NCBI GenBank assembly: GCA_004022145.1
Contig: RCNU01000001.1
DNA from: Paecilomyces variotii
Taxonomy: Eukaryota
Reading direction: 5' to 3' (one strand)
DNA: 64,000 nucleotides
Positions 13,432 through 26,248 of the stretch are shown here, piece after piece (position 1 is the stretch's first letter; each line of letters opens with the position of its first letter). The translations under genes and the position numbers were made by a program. The notes beneath the pieces are model-generated. The model ran no database searches. It was not told where the DNA came from and saw only the letters and a program-made list of their open reading frames with translations.

Positions 13432-15576
13432 CTATCGACGCTGCTTGCGACCGCCATCGCCTTTCGTCTTCGATGGAGACGTTTCCGGACTGGCAAAGCT
13501 GACGCGCTTCTCATCCTTTCCACGACTCACGGGCAAGACAGGAGGAACAGCACCGTGTCGGTCCTTTTTCTTGCCATTCCCTCGTTTGAGAGGCTTTGAC
13601 AGCGGAGCAGCATGGCGTCTGGCGGGACTAGCTAACCCGGGTTCTGTTTTGGTCTCCGTTGTGGTGGTAGTTGTATCCTCGTCATCCTCGACCTCGATGT
13701 GACTGAAGTCTCGGATATCATCGTCACCATCGGAGGAGCTAGGGCTCGGACTCTCAGACTCAGATGCCGCCTCATACTCGTCATCATCGCTAACAAGGCT
13801 GGGAGCTTGGTTGGACTCCACCGTATTAGGACTGAGGTTCACAGACGGGTCAGCCATCTCCATTTCACGCGGCTCTTCGTGAGAGATTCCTAATCCAGAC
13901 GTTGGAGGAAAGGAAGAGGCATATGAGACGACTGGCTTTGCAGGAGTTGAAGCATCGAAATGCTGCGATCCATGACCAGCCTTATCCTGACCCTTGCGAC
14001 TACTCGGTCGCTGCGACGCTGTTTGTGGCATTGTCGTGCGGGCCGGCAGTCTGCTTGCTCGGACATTGGGTGACGACTGTTGGTCATGACTGGGAGCGGC
14101 ATCAGTCACGCTGTCACTTGACTCTTCGTCAGAGAACAGCGCGTCAAGATCCAAGCTAGTCTTTGCATCACCAACAATCTGGCTGAGATTGAGGCCGATT
14201 CCTCTTCTCTGCATCAAGGAAGAGAGATGAGGTGTGTCTGGCGAGGCAGTGAATGGCAGGCTGACAGCGGCCGGTGTTGACAGCTTATCCTTCTTCGTCT
14301 CCACTTGCGGCGACAGGCCCTGGCTTTGTCGCCTTGGAGTCTGGCTCTCAACAGAGGACTTCCGCTGCGTATTAACCTTGGACATCGATTCCATCACATG
14401 GGCAGAGCGGATCAACGGATGGACATAGCCAGGAGTACCACCGCTGGTCGACTCAGTGGTGTTTCCTCCAACCACCGTCCCTGCCTCATCCACCTCCACA
14501 GGCTCTCCAGATGCCATAGCAGCAGCATCATGACTGGCGAAGTTGCGGTTGTGAGCGATACGACAGTGATTGATGAAGCCCTGAGTGCTAGAGAAATTAT
14601 CCCTGCGACAGTCGAGGCAGACCAATTTCACAAACTGGCCGTCTGACTTCCGCTTGATGATCATGGGCCCGGCTTTCTCCTTGGGTTGTGGGTAGCCACT
14701 AGCGAGCGCTTGCAACTTCACGGTTCCACTGCCTCTCTGCGACCGCGACTTGCCGGCCACATAACCGCTCTCTGTCAAGCTGCCTCGAGTCGCTCGTCCG
14801 TCCAGAGAGGAAAGACCTGCTGTGGCCGGCGGCGTTTCCACCTCACCGCCATCAAAGCGAGGATCCGGTATCAGCCATTTAGCATAATGTCGCGAATACG
14901 GGCCGTCTGTTACTCCCCATGGCGCGGGAGAGAGCGGTGCAGGTCCATTTCCAGGTTGCAGAACCGCCACTCCCGTACCATTGCTGACTGACTGTGACAC
15001 TCCCGAGATACTCGATCCTGGATAAGGAATCTCAGCGCAGCGTCGCAGCTGCTCCAGCGCGACCTGACACTTTGCGATCTCTTGATCAATCAACCGTAGC
15101 TCGTTGTGTTTGAGGAGCACCTCCAGGCTCAGCTGCGCATCGATCGTCTCCCGCAGTTTATCGATATCCACTTTGGGCCGCGCTGCGGGCTTCTGATTCG
15201 AGTTATTGGTCGTGTCAGCTGCCGGTGTGACATTGCCGTTATGGAGCTGCTGTGGCGTTGGGGGTTGAGAAGGGGCTGCTCCAGCAGTACTGTCCGTCGG
15301 GACTTCCGGTTGCGCCCCGACAGTCGTCGATGGGAGACCGGTCGTATTTGTCGTTGATGCCTGGTCTGAGTCGTTCAGACGCGGCTTTGTCGTCGCACGC
15401 TCACCCACCGAGGATTCCGATGCGCTCGAATCGACGCGCTTGCGCTTCAGCTTGTGCAGAGACGGATTGTCCATTCTGGGGGAACGACACTGTTGCGGTG
15501 CTGCCAACATCTTCAAATCCTCCCCCATCACCTTGTTTCCCCCAATTCCAGAAGACCATGGAAGCAGTCGAAACAT
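13432..15576 (-). CDS. AHC1: ADA histone acetyltransferase complex component Ahc1-like protein
   Basis: Single long ORF; first in-frame ATG at 15576 (MFRLLPW); coiled coil LEVLLKHNELRLIDQEIAKCQVALEQLRRC; C2H2 finger CLDC..FSSTQGFINHCRIAH. Confidence 0.78.
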   Translation of the reverse strand: MFRLLPWSSGIGGNKVMGEDLKMLAAPQQCRSPRMDNPSLHKLKRKRVDSSASESSVGERATTKPRLNDSDQASTTNTTGLPSTTVGAQPEVPTDSTAGAAPSQPPTPQQLHNGNVTPAADTTNNSNQKPAARPKVDIDKLRETIDAQLSLEVLLKHNELRLIDQEIAKCQVALEQLRRCAEIPYPGSSISGVSQSVSNGTGVAVLQPGNGPAPLSPAPWGVTDGPYSRHYAKWLIPDPRFDGGEVETPPATAGLSSLDGRATRGSLTESGYVAGKSRSQRGSGTVKLQALASGYPQPKEKAGPMIIKRKSDGQFVKLVCLDCRRDNFSSTQGFINHCRIAHNRNFASHDAAAMASGEPVEVDEAGTVVGGNTTESTSGGTPGYVHPLIRSAHVMESMSKVNTQRKSSVESQTPRRQSQGLSPQVETKKDKLSTPAAVSLPFTASPDTPHLSSLMQRRGIGLNLSQIVGDAKTSLDLDALFSDEESSDSVTDAAPSHDQQSSPNVRASRLPARTTMPQTASQRPSSRKGQDKAGHGSQHFDASTPAKPVVSYASSFPPTSGLGISHEEPREMEMADPSVNLSPNTVESNQAPSLVSDDDEYEAASESESPSPSSSDGDDDIRDFSHIEVEDDEDTTTTTTETKTEPGLASPARRHAAPLSKPLKRGNGKKKDRHGAVPPVLPVSRGKDEKRVSFASPETSPSKTKGDGGRKQRR

Positions 15577-18500
15577 GCCATGCGAGACGTGGTGGATCGG
15601 CACCGAGATCGAAGCGACGGCGGAGAGGAGGCCCGAAAGCTGCGTGGACGCCACCTTCTTTTTTCTATCTGTTGCAGAGGGAGGGGGTTGTGAGCATGAG
15701 GTCGCAGACGGCTATCGCGTCCGCTGACGGAGAGAGGAGGGATGAGACTCGTTTCGATTTCCACGGATCGCCAGCGACCGCACGTCCCCGTACGAGCAGT
15801 GCGGAGAAGCCACGCCCGTCAATCACGAGAATCTGGCCTCGAGACAAAGGCCAGCTGCCCCAGGAACAGGGCGATTCAAGGGTGTAAACGAGAAGGACCG
15901 GTCGCGCAAACGGCCGGGGAAAGGACCGATATAGAAGGCGAAACAGGGGGGCGGATGCGACCGCGGTTCAGCAGGGCGCTTGGACGCGGCAATATCGACC
16001 ACGCCAACCGGTCCACGGCTGTTCGTCGAGATTTGTTTGTACCAGAAGAGTCTCTCCGGGAGCTACAGGAGAGGAACAAGTTGGACGTCCTGCCAGGGAC
16101 CGTCTATGAAGAGCAGGAGAGGTGTGGTTTGAGACAGGTTGAGTGCCACTGCGATATGGGGTCGAGGTGGTCTAACTAGCACGGAGGTTAGTCAATCCGG
16201 TCGGGGCGAGCCGGGGCGCGGTCTGGAACACGTAGTACTAACTAGTAGTAATAATACGTAGATAGTGGTCAAAGTGTAGAGCAGATAGTTAGCTAGTCGT
16301 TAGTTAGTCTAACTACTAGATATAGTATAGATAGTTCCAGCAGCAGGCAGAAAGAAAGCAAGAAAGAAAGAAAGAAGGAAAAGGAAAAAGGGAAGAAGCA
16401 GAAGAGAAGAAGGCAAAAAGGCACTAGTTGCAGACGTAAAACAGGCAGAAAGAATCAAAGATTGGGTTAGGTTAGGTGCTGAGAAACCAAAACCCCCGAG
16501 GATCTCTGGCGGTTGGTCCCGTAACAAATGCAAGACAAGACTGGGGGTCAGCCAAGCAGGAAAAGAAAGGGTGAAAGGGGGGTGTGGAGGAGAGAGACAG
16601 AGAGAGAGAGTATTACCGTACTCTGCTCTAGTTAGAGCACGGAGGAGAAACAGGAATGCGGCGGAGCATCCAGAACAAAGCGTTTTAGTTAGTCTAATGG
16701 AATTATCCGTTAGTCGGTCGGCGACGGCGTGCTGAGTGGATACGGCGATGATGCGAAAGGAGGGGACGGCCTGCGATCGCCCGATTTCGTGGCGTTTTGT
16801 GTATGTAGTATTGCTCGATTATTATTATTGTGTACGGAGTTGATCGTGTATAATTCAACTTGATTAATTATTATTCTCAATAATAATAATAATATCTAGT
16901 TGTTAAACAGAAGATAAAGATAGATAGACATATCTCTAGTAATAGACTATCCAGAATCACAAAACAAAGACAGTGAGTGTCATACAATCCAGTACTGGTA
17001 AACTATAACTAACTAAACTACGAGGCCCATCTCCAAGTCTCAAACTCTCTCTCTCTCGTCCTCGTCATCGCCGTCCAACAGTCCAACTAGGGTCTCCCCG
17101 GGGCTAACGTAGCGCCAGTTACGGATGGATCATGGAACGGGCGATCCTCGATGTGCAGCTGTCAACGTCCCAGGCCCTGCGCTGGGAGCATCGTCGCTTG
17201 CTCGCCAGAGCGGTCTGAGAAACAGCTTAATTCGACTTGCCGCCTTTTCTGGACTCTTTCTGGACTGTGTTGGATTAATATCCGCCGTGGCCCCCCGGTG
17301 GATGGGGGATGATGAGCAGCAACTTACGGATAGAGTAACTATGGTATAATGGTATTATTAAGTTACTCCTCCACACGAGAACAACTCGGGAGACATTCCA
17401 TGCTTTTGCCATATTATTACAAATGGGTTGACTCCCCCCGCTCCCATCGACTTGCTCTTGGCTGGATAACTGCAGATTGTTGGTCCTGTCCAGGAAAAAA
17501 AACAAGAAGAAGAAAAAAGAAGAAAGAAAAGAACTAGTTACTATTATTGTTGATATTATTATTATTATTACCAACAAGTAGGCCGTTGCAACAGGAACAG
17601 GCTCTGCGCCGAATCAACGTCAACAGCTCACTTGTCGTACAGTCCCCGAGCAGTGGTGGGGATGTGGTGGCGCTCGGAGTAGAATACGAGCAAGAGCAAG
17701 AGCAACATTACTCCGTACATGCGTGCCCGATTCACTCCAAGTGGTGCAGAAGAAGTTATTATTAACTAACAGCACTAGATAACTGCCTAATCGATTAATC
17801 TGGCACCGTGACTGCTTTCTCATACTGACAGATACGATCTTGAATTCACTGCCACCAGTAGTGCTGCAGTAATCAGAGCTGGGGCATTAACTAGCGGTAT
17901 CACATTACTCCTAGTCTACACTCAACAGATAGCAGATATGTACGGAGTACTGTACATACAATACTCTACTGTCCCGTTGGATCATCATATCGGCATCGCA
18001 GAAGGCTGAATCGAAAGCAGCCCATGGACGACAGACTGTCATCACCGGATTGGCTGCCCTTCCCGATACGAGTTGCCAGTCGATTGGCCTGACTTTGACT
18101 TGGCGATAGACCAGAGATAGATAGAATAATAATAACCAGACAGACCGCGACGAGCACAGCTCAGGTAGAAGAGCGACACTGAGGTAAGCAAAAAAAAGAA
18201 AGAAAAAAGCGACGGTATCTCTATTAGTATCAGATCTGTGTAGAATAACATATCATAGTCCACGACTGCTCCGATATAACATCACGAGATTGCTTATTTG
18301 CAGCAACCATAGTTATGAGGTGCCTTTGACATACTCTGTATCTAGTCTACTCTAAACGACCGATGTCTTAACTACTCGTAGTTACTTGCTCTCTCATAAT
18401 CGGACGGCCTAGTTATGCATTTATCTGATCCCAGCACAGGCTCCGTGCAGCCTCCTCTAGATAGTGTCGGCTGGCTGTCCTCCAAGTCCGAGCTGGACTA

Positions 18501-19146
18501 AAAAGGTCGCTAAACGAGACGGGGGAGAAAAAGGTGAGATCCGTCTCCAGCATTGCCGCCCAGTAGTTATCTAGGACTTCCTTATCATGTGGTAGTAGAA
18601 GTCCGTACGGTTGCTGCTCGCGTACTGCTCGATGGCCATGAAGCCGATACTTACCTATGCTTCCGGAAGCCTCGGAATGTTGGGCCCTCGCATCCGATAA
18701 AGACTTCTTAACTTCCCGGCTTCAAGTCCTTCGGCCGCGAAAAAAAAGAGGACATCTGAAACAGACTAACAGGGCATTGATAGCTTAAAAAGGAATCAAG
18801 GGGCAACGGCGCTCTGGCGGTCTGATCTCAAATCTACCATCTTTGGTTAAGGGCGGCGGACGTTCCCCAGACTCACCATGGGAAATACCAGAAAGTCTAT
18901 CTAAGACATCGGTATCGTGACAAGTGATGAGATTCACTAGTCTGCATAGCTTTTCTCATGGCTGGCATATAATATCGTCTTGATCGAAGCGCTGGGTAAA
19001 CCAAGAGTCAGCGAGTAGTTAATGGAACAACGTTCTGGCGGAATTATCAATAATCCGAGTCCGGATCTAAGTATCCTTTCTTCCAGCGTTCTCTGTGAGA
19101 TCTTTATGTCAATGGCAGCATCACTAAGAAATCTTGTAGGGCCCTG

Positions 19147-19230
19147 ATGGCCACTTCACTTCGTCTTGGCCAGCTCCTTCAAGGCCAGACCGGGAGATAC
19201 ACTGTTACCACGCAGCTTCAAGATACAGGA
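19147..19230 (+). pseudogene. Probable N-terminal fragment of a fungal protein kinase-like gene
   Basis: MATSLRLGQLLQGQTGRYTVTTQLQDT resembles the start of a family of fungal kinase-like proteins (from memory); no kinase core follows. Confidence 0.35.
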
Positions 19231-20347
19231 GAAATTAAATATTCTGGCGCATATTATGCAGAGCATAGTTACCATCTAAAAATAAAAAACCTTTCTCTTG
19301 GATTACGGAACGGGAAATATCTAAGGAAGATAAGGAGTTTATTCTGAAAATAATGAGGCTTGACCCTAGAAAAAGAAACCCTCTGCGACCAAGCTTCTGC
19401 AAGACGAATAGTTCAACAACTGAAATTGCTGTCGAAATTACATCGTGCAAAAAAGAAAAAGTGCTACGGTAGTCTCCACTCGCATTCCTCCATCTTCAAG
19501 TAGACAAAACTTCCCTACCCTAGTCTACTCCCAGCGAAGAGAGGCGTATAGCATTTGAGGGCAGAGAAACTCCTCTGCAAATAGCTAGTGTCCCCAGCTC
19601 CTTCGGTTTGATGATATCAGGGCGTGATTCCGTTTTTACCCCATGTGTTCTTTTTCTGAGATCTATCTACTACTTCCTTCCGGTAATATTAATGATAGAT
19701 CTAGAGCCGTAGATATACCATACCTAGTTAATTATTACAATTTAGTTTCCTCCTGGCACTTGCTGAGGACTAAGTAATTTGTGGCGGGGGTTCTCTTCTG
19801 ATCGGATCCACCGGGAAACTAATTATTAAACCGTTTTGAAGCAGGGGAGAGCCTTGTCCCAATTGAAACGCTGGAATTGCGAGTACTGACTGCTGCAGCC
19901 TGCCAAGGGACGCGGGTGTATCGAATTCAGGAGGCGAATATGAATATGGCAGTTTTCTCGATGAGGGCAAAGGGAAAGAAATGGATATATAGAGCCGATG
20001 CGGCAAAGACGGGACCGGATGGAGAAAACCACGATGGTCTAGATAGAAAAAGGACTGTCCAGCCAACCTTGGAACGGTAGAATGGACCGGCCAGCACCGA
20101 CTGTCTGGCCCCTCGATGATTCTCCTGCTCGTCCGGCAAACTTAAGACGGCACCATTGTTAAAAAGACAGCCGCGAGAGCCCCTTGATGTCATCCATCAC
20201 GGATATCTTGCTGTCACACTGCCATATCTACACCCTGCGCAGAACAGAACACACCTCCGGGCTTCTTCCTCCAGCCGCCCCCCTTCTGGTTATATATCTC
20301 ATCGCACTCACACATGCGCGCCTTCCGATGCCGACGCGCTCTCCATC

Positions 20348-23300
20348 ATGGCAGAGGCGTCGGGTTCGTCAAAGGTGATGCCCGCTAATCGCGCTCCGGG
20401 GGCGCCGGGTGTGATTCGGTCGTCAACAATACCTCTGGCGCCGTCCGATGGCAGCAGAACCGCCAGCCCTGATGTCGAGAGACCCGGATCTATCAGGGCG
20501 TCGCAGACATTTCCGATCGGTATGTAGATGATCAGATGGTCAGCCGTTGCGCGAGGAGCTGTTGCGTGCCTGAGATCTTCCGCCCCCCGCGGTCCACAAG
20601 AAGAAAGAAACTGCTTGTCGCAAGGCTGCGATTGCTGACCCGATGAATCATTCCAGTGAGTTCTCATGGCACATCCAGCCAGCAAGGGACACGTCGCTCC
20701 CATGGAATTCCTTTCGCGAAATCGTCGGTCACGGAGTCCGCTGCGGACGGCCAGAGCGCAATAGATCCGTTGTCCCAGGTGTGTAGTATATAGTTATTAC
20801 TGTTCTGTCTACATCGCGACTATACTCGCGACCTACAGACGGATCTGTGTGGGTATGAGCAAACAGCTGACCTGCACCGCGCACAGCATATCCTCAGGCG
20901 AACGACCACTGAGAAGTTGATCCCCCTCAGAGTGCGCGCGCAGACATCTCACGAAGCGGAAGCTGGCGGAACGGATGCGGCGTCCAACCTAGGCTTGAGC
21001 GAACAGGCCTCAACACGCGGAGAGGTGGCAGCCAGCTTAAAATCATCAAAAGATAAGAAGTAAGTGTAGAGAAATTCAGGATTACGGAGAGATACGAGCT
21101 ATGCGCTCTTCCCGCCTCTTGGACGTGTCGCGCTCGCCAGGGCGCGCTGTTCGAAAATGCCAATCGGTCCTTCCATGCCGTTGCGCATAGCTGACTAGTG
21201 CTTGTTATTGTAATGTAGGAAAGGCGTCTCGTTCCTCAGCCGACTTATCCCAAACAAAAAGAAGGACCAGATCTCCGATTCCAATGACAGCCAATCCGAG
21301 CTGGACGATGAACGCATGGATACGGAAGTCTTCGCGTATCCGATCGGATTCATTCCTCGATTCCCACCGCCGCCCAAATATATCAAAGTCAGACTGCATA
21401 ATAAAAAGCAAAAGACTTTCGACCACGTCTTCGTGGCACAGGAACTGAAGGGGTTCGACGAGCCCAACGGTAGGTCAAATCGAGGCGCAACGACCGAGCG
21501 GGCGATCTGGACTCTTGAGTTCTCAAAGGACGGAAAATATCTGGCTGCTGCAGGTCAGGATCGGAAGATCAGGGTTTGGGCCGTCATCGCGAATTCTGAG
21601 GCCCGGCGTGACCATGAATTGGATGAGGAAAAAGAAGATGAGGGCGAGGGGCCGTCGTTGCGGTTGACTGCGCCAGTATTCAAGTCGACACCCATCCAGG
21701 AGTATGAAGGACATACAGGAAGCATTTTGGATCTGTGTTGGAGTAAAGTATGGGATCGCAACGTCTGTATACAAGTTACGGCCATGCTAACCTCTCCTAG
21801 AACAACTTCCTGCTGTCTTCGTCAATGGATAAGACTGTCCGCTTGTGGCACGTCAGCAGGTCCGAATGTCTCTGTTGTTTCAAGCATTCAGATTTCGTCA
21901 CCTCAATCAAATTCCACCCACGCGACGATCGATTCTTCCTTGCTGGGTCCCTTGACTGTAAGCTGCGATTATGGTCCATACCAGATAAGAGCGTTGCTTT
22001 CTGGGCAACCGTTCCAGAAATGATCACTGCAGTCGCCTTCACGCCTGATGGCAAGAGTTCGATTGCAGGATGCTTGAACGGTCTGTGTCTGCTATATGAT
22101 ACCGATGGTCTAAAAGCAAACGGACAGATACACGTCCGTTCAGCGCGTGGGCGCAATGCCAAGGGAAGCAAGATTACAGGCATCGATACGATTGTCCAGC
22201 CTCCCAACGACTCGAATGGAGAGGTAAAGCTTCTTATTACGAGCAATGACTCCCGAATTCGACTCTACAACTTCAAGGATCGGACTCTGGAGGCAAAATT
22301 CCGCGGAAACGAGAACAACTCCAGCCAAATCCGTGCCTCCTTTAGCGACGACGGAAAATACGTGATATGTGGCAGCGAGGACCGCAGGACCTACATCTGG
22401 CCTACGGGTTGGAACGACAAGGAGACTGATAAACGTGCTGTAGAAGTGTTTGAGACTCAATCTTCCATAGTAACGGCGGTGGTCATGGCTCCTACAAAAA
22501 CAAAACAGCTCCTCGGTCTCTCCGGCGACCCTATCTACGATCTATGCAATCCACCTCCCATCACACTGGGACCTCAACCAGACTCGCGGATATCATCCAG
22601 ATCAAAAACAGACAGCGGAGCACTCCGAGATGACTTTGCTCCAGGATCTGGAAAGACAGAATCCTTGCATACGACCAAGGCTCTGGAGTCTCCTACCTAT
22701 CTTTCTCGGTCGGCGCATCCAGACGGGAATATCATCGTTGCAGCCGACTATTCGGGGAGGATCAAGGTATTCCGACAAGACTGTGCGTATCAGAAACGGC
22801 GCAGTGAATCGTGGGAGACGAACTCGACATTTTCCCGGAAGATACTGGGTCGCACGAATTCGGCTCGCCACAGCATTGCTTCCTCCATCGGAAAGGAATC
22901 CAAGACACCTTCTGAACGGATCATCTCCTGGCGTGATTCCGTCATCGGTACTGAGATCTCTAGTATCGACAATCCGCGTAACGCTGGTGGTTTGCGGACC
23001 CGAAGCTCGTCTCCTCGGAAAGCCATGGCGCATTTGTCGCGCTACTCGAGCCCTATCGCTGCCCCTACTGCAGTGGTTCCTGAGTCCCCATCTGCATCAG
23101 CGCATTCGCCGCCACCTTCTGCACCAAAATCTTCAATGGACAGTCCGTCGTCGTCCACGATGGATGCAGCACGAAGTTTCCATACCGCGGAGACCGACCC
23201 TTCCTCGCCGCAGCATCCGGAGCGACCCCCAGAGGGTCCTTCTGTCTTGATGGATGGTACTCAGAGTCACGCGTATTGGAATAAGACCGCTCAAGCGGCG

Positions 23301-23540
23301 CAGGCAGCGAGCGCACGGAGGACAGCAAATACGTTGGATCCGCACTTCCTTTCCCCAGCGGCGAGACAGTACAGCGTGGCAAGCGCATTGAGCAGCGATT
23401 GCAGCTCATTGACCGGGGAACAGGAGGAGGGCGAGATCCTCCGATGTACCGATTGCAAGGGAACCAACTTCCGGGCCACGAGAACAAGAGAAGGGAAACC
23501 CAGATTAATCTGCGTCAAGTGCAACAAGCCTGCTACTTGA
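20348..23540 (+). CDS. WD40-repeat protein, WDR44/Dgr2-like (multi-exon)
   Basis: ATG 20348; introns at about 20520-20656, 20779-20886, 21061-21217, 21748-21800. WD motifs IWTLEFSKDGKYLAAAGQD, GHTGSILDLCWSK, SMDKTVRLWH, HPRDDRFFLAGSLDCKLRLWSI, ITSNDSRIRLYN. Confidence 0.88.
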
Positions 23541-24392
23541 GAGTAATGTCCTTTCTTCCTTTCTTTTCCTTCCTCCTTTCATCGTACATATTTCTTTTCC
23601 TCCCTTATTATTCCTTTTATTTGCATTATGTATTACGGCATATAACGACGGAATAATACACCGCATCCTTGGAGCGCCTCTTTTGGAGCGTTTTCTCGTC
23701 ATGGCGCAACGTGTACACTATGTCGATGGACACGAGATATGATTTACGGGTCTATATATATAGACTTTTGACGATGTTGGACATGTGTGATTATCATTTA
23801 TGAAAAATATACCTGGATATCTGAAGAGAGCTGGCCAGTGTTGCCATTTACAGCTTCTCACAAGTAATCTTGTTCTTTCTTCCCATACCTAATCCCGTTC
23901 AATGTTGGAGGTAATTTGCGTAGTTTAGATTGAGTCTGAAAAATAGAAGAAAATAAATTTGAATTAAAATGAAGAAACAAGTACATATATAGACGACAGA
24001 ATAGTTCATTAGTACATAGTATATCAATATAGACGTGTTCTAGTGCAAGAGTGGAGTTGCACTCTAGCTCAGTTTTCCTAGTTAGGATCAACCCCGACTT
24101 TCCACCCGGCAAAGGCCAGAGCTCACCTTCTCCACGTATCTTCACCACCTCACCGTCAAGCGCCCACTAGACCGCCGACAAGCGCATTGTCCGCATAAAT
24201 ATCATTTCTATTACTCGGCGCTTGATTTCTCAATTGAGAGAGAAAAAAAATTCTGTTCTGTTCTACTCCGCGAGTGACACGATCAGGACGCAAAACGCCG
24301 CACCGGAAACCTCCCATCCCGCACATCGCAGAGCAAGAAACGGACCAGACCATCGCTTGAGTAAGAAGAGGAAGAAATAAAAGAAGAAGAAG

Positions 24393-25017
24393 ATGCCATA
24401 CCTTCCTTCCTCCCAGGCTTTCCTGGAACAATCGTCTCTACTACTCGAGGCGTATCCGGAATCTGTATGTCATTCCCCCCTCTCCCCCCTCGTCGCAATA
24501 TCTCCCTCTCCCCTCCAAAAAGAAATATATAATTAACAAACCACCATTAAAAAAAAAAATCCAGACCAAAATCACAACCCGCTACAGTTATCCTTCACGA
24601 TCACCAAAATCACATCCGAGATCGAAACCCAAAATCACCGACCCGGCTGCTACTACTACGGCTGATTCGAATGCAACCACCACCACGACACCCGTCGCGA
24701 CACTTACTCTGAAAACGTGGCATCCACCCACGGGAATCTGTCTGAAGTATAAAACGAACAAGGCGGCGGAAGTGGGACGGTTGATTACGGGGTTGGGAAA
24801 ACTTGCTGCGGGTGCGAAGGTGAAGGATTTGGGGACGAGTGCTACTGCTCCTGTAGGAGCAGGAGAGGATGTGGAGATGGCGGATGCTCCGACGGCGGCT
24901 GCGGCGGTGGTGGTAGATGATTCTGCGGCTGCGGCTACGGCTACGGTGGTGAAGACGGATTCTGCTGGAGCGAAAGGTGGGAAATCGAAGAAGAAGGGTG
25001 GAAAGGGAAAGCGATGA
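24393..25017 (+). CDS. SRP21: Signal recognition particle subunit SRP9/Srp21 family
   Basis: MPYLPSSQAFLEQSSLLLEAYPES, intron ~24465-24564, TKITTRY..ATLTLKTWHPPTGICLKYKTNKAAEVGRLITGLGKLAAG; Lys-rich tail. Confidence 0.75.
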
Positions 25018-26248
25018 GATGTCAGTGTAGTGTGTTGGGGTTTGTGTGCTGTACGGATGAAGCGTACGTGACGGTTCTGGCATCATCAACGAACGGGAAA
25101 TGGGATAAGGAAGGGAAAACTGCCCATGGTCTTTTGCCTCGGGTTGCTTTACTTCTTCTTCGCGTCGTGTTTTCGATCGTTTATGCCCGGTGACTATGTG
25201 GTCCTCACTGTCGATTATGTTGCAAACCAAACGGCCTCGATCACCCACGATGGTAAAATTACCCTCAAAAACGCTCCAGCACCGGAATCGCAATCTGACG
25301 CTCTGCACATCCAGACAGGTCGGGATTCGAGAAGGCTAGGATCACGAAGACACACATCTACTTCGCCAACACAGGAACGATTCCCGTCCTGCTTTACGAA
25401 TCCAATCATCCTTATCAAAAAGAAGATCAGGCTAGATTCTTTGCGACTACGATCCTTGCATATTTTTTTTTTAGAGATGATACCATGCTAGAAATTCAAG
25501 TCTTTCTGTGTACTCCCTCAAACAGTATCAATTGATCGAAATGATCACAACACAATCATCCCACCGTCCAGCACGTGGAAAATAAGTCGTATGCATTCCC
25601 ACTAGTCCTCAGACCTAGGCCGTATTATCCAGCAAACTCCAAAGCTCAACGCTCAAGAGAGTTCCACCAGTCATTCTGCTCCCGTCTTACCTTGTCTGCT
25701 GACAAGGCGGATATCAAGTATACTATTAATCTCGTCATACAGACAAGTAACTTCTGCATACGTGTTGGTCTGAGTGTGGGGCAAAGGGAAGATGGGATTC
25801 CTCTTAACGAGAAGCGGATTCGACTTGTCGGGTTAGACAGTTCAAGCTCATGCGTCACTATGCAGAGGCGCAAATGTCTACGGCCACGGACAACATGTAC
25901 TTGACAAGACTACTACAGTTAAAGCTGCACTGATGTAGATGAACAACTCGATCATTATCCAAGTAACGTACATAGCGCATATGATTCAACCATAAATACA
26001 TCAACCCATCCGACCACTTCCCTGCTGCCCTCTGTGTAGCCCAGAGAACCAGCCGTAGAAGAATGCAACCGGAGAATACCATAAAACCATCCCAATATAA
26101 ACGCCATATACCGTGCTAACCATCAAAGCGTTTCCATCGACATAATAAAAGAAAAAGTGCATGGCCGGAGTGGTGGTATAGGAATAAGCCGAGAACATAC
26201 AAGAACGGAAGCAAATTCAAGGGTATAGTTATCGACGAGGCGATAAGT

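Noticed and set aside
15252..16179. ORFs of 211 and 145 aa on the plus strand
   Set aside because: GC-rich antisense to AHC1 and its leader; no recognisable domain.
16230..18400. TAG/TAA/TTA-rich and GA-rich short repeats; GGGTTAGGTTAGG at ~16464
   Set aside because: Ordinary low-complexity fungal intergenic DNA; no regular repeat-spacer array, and too short to be telomeric.
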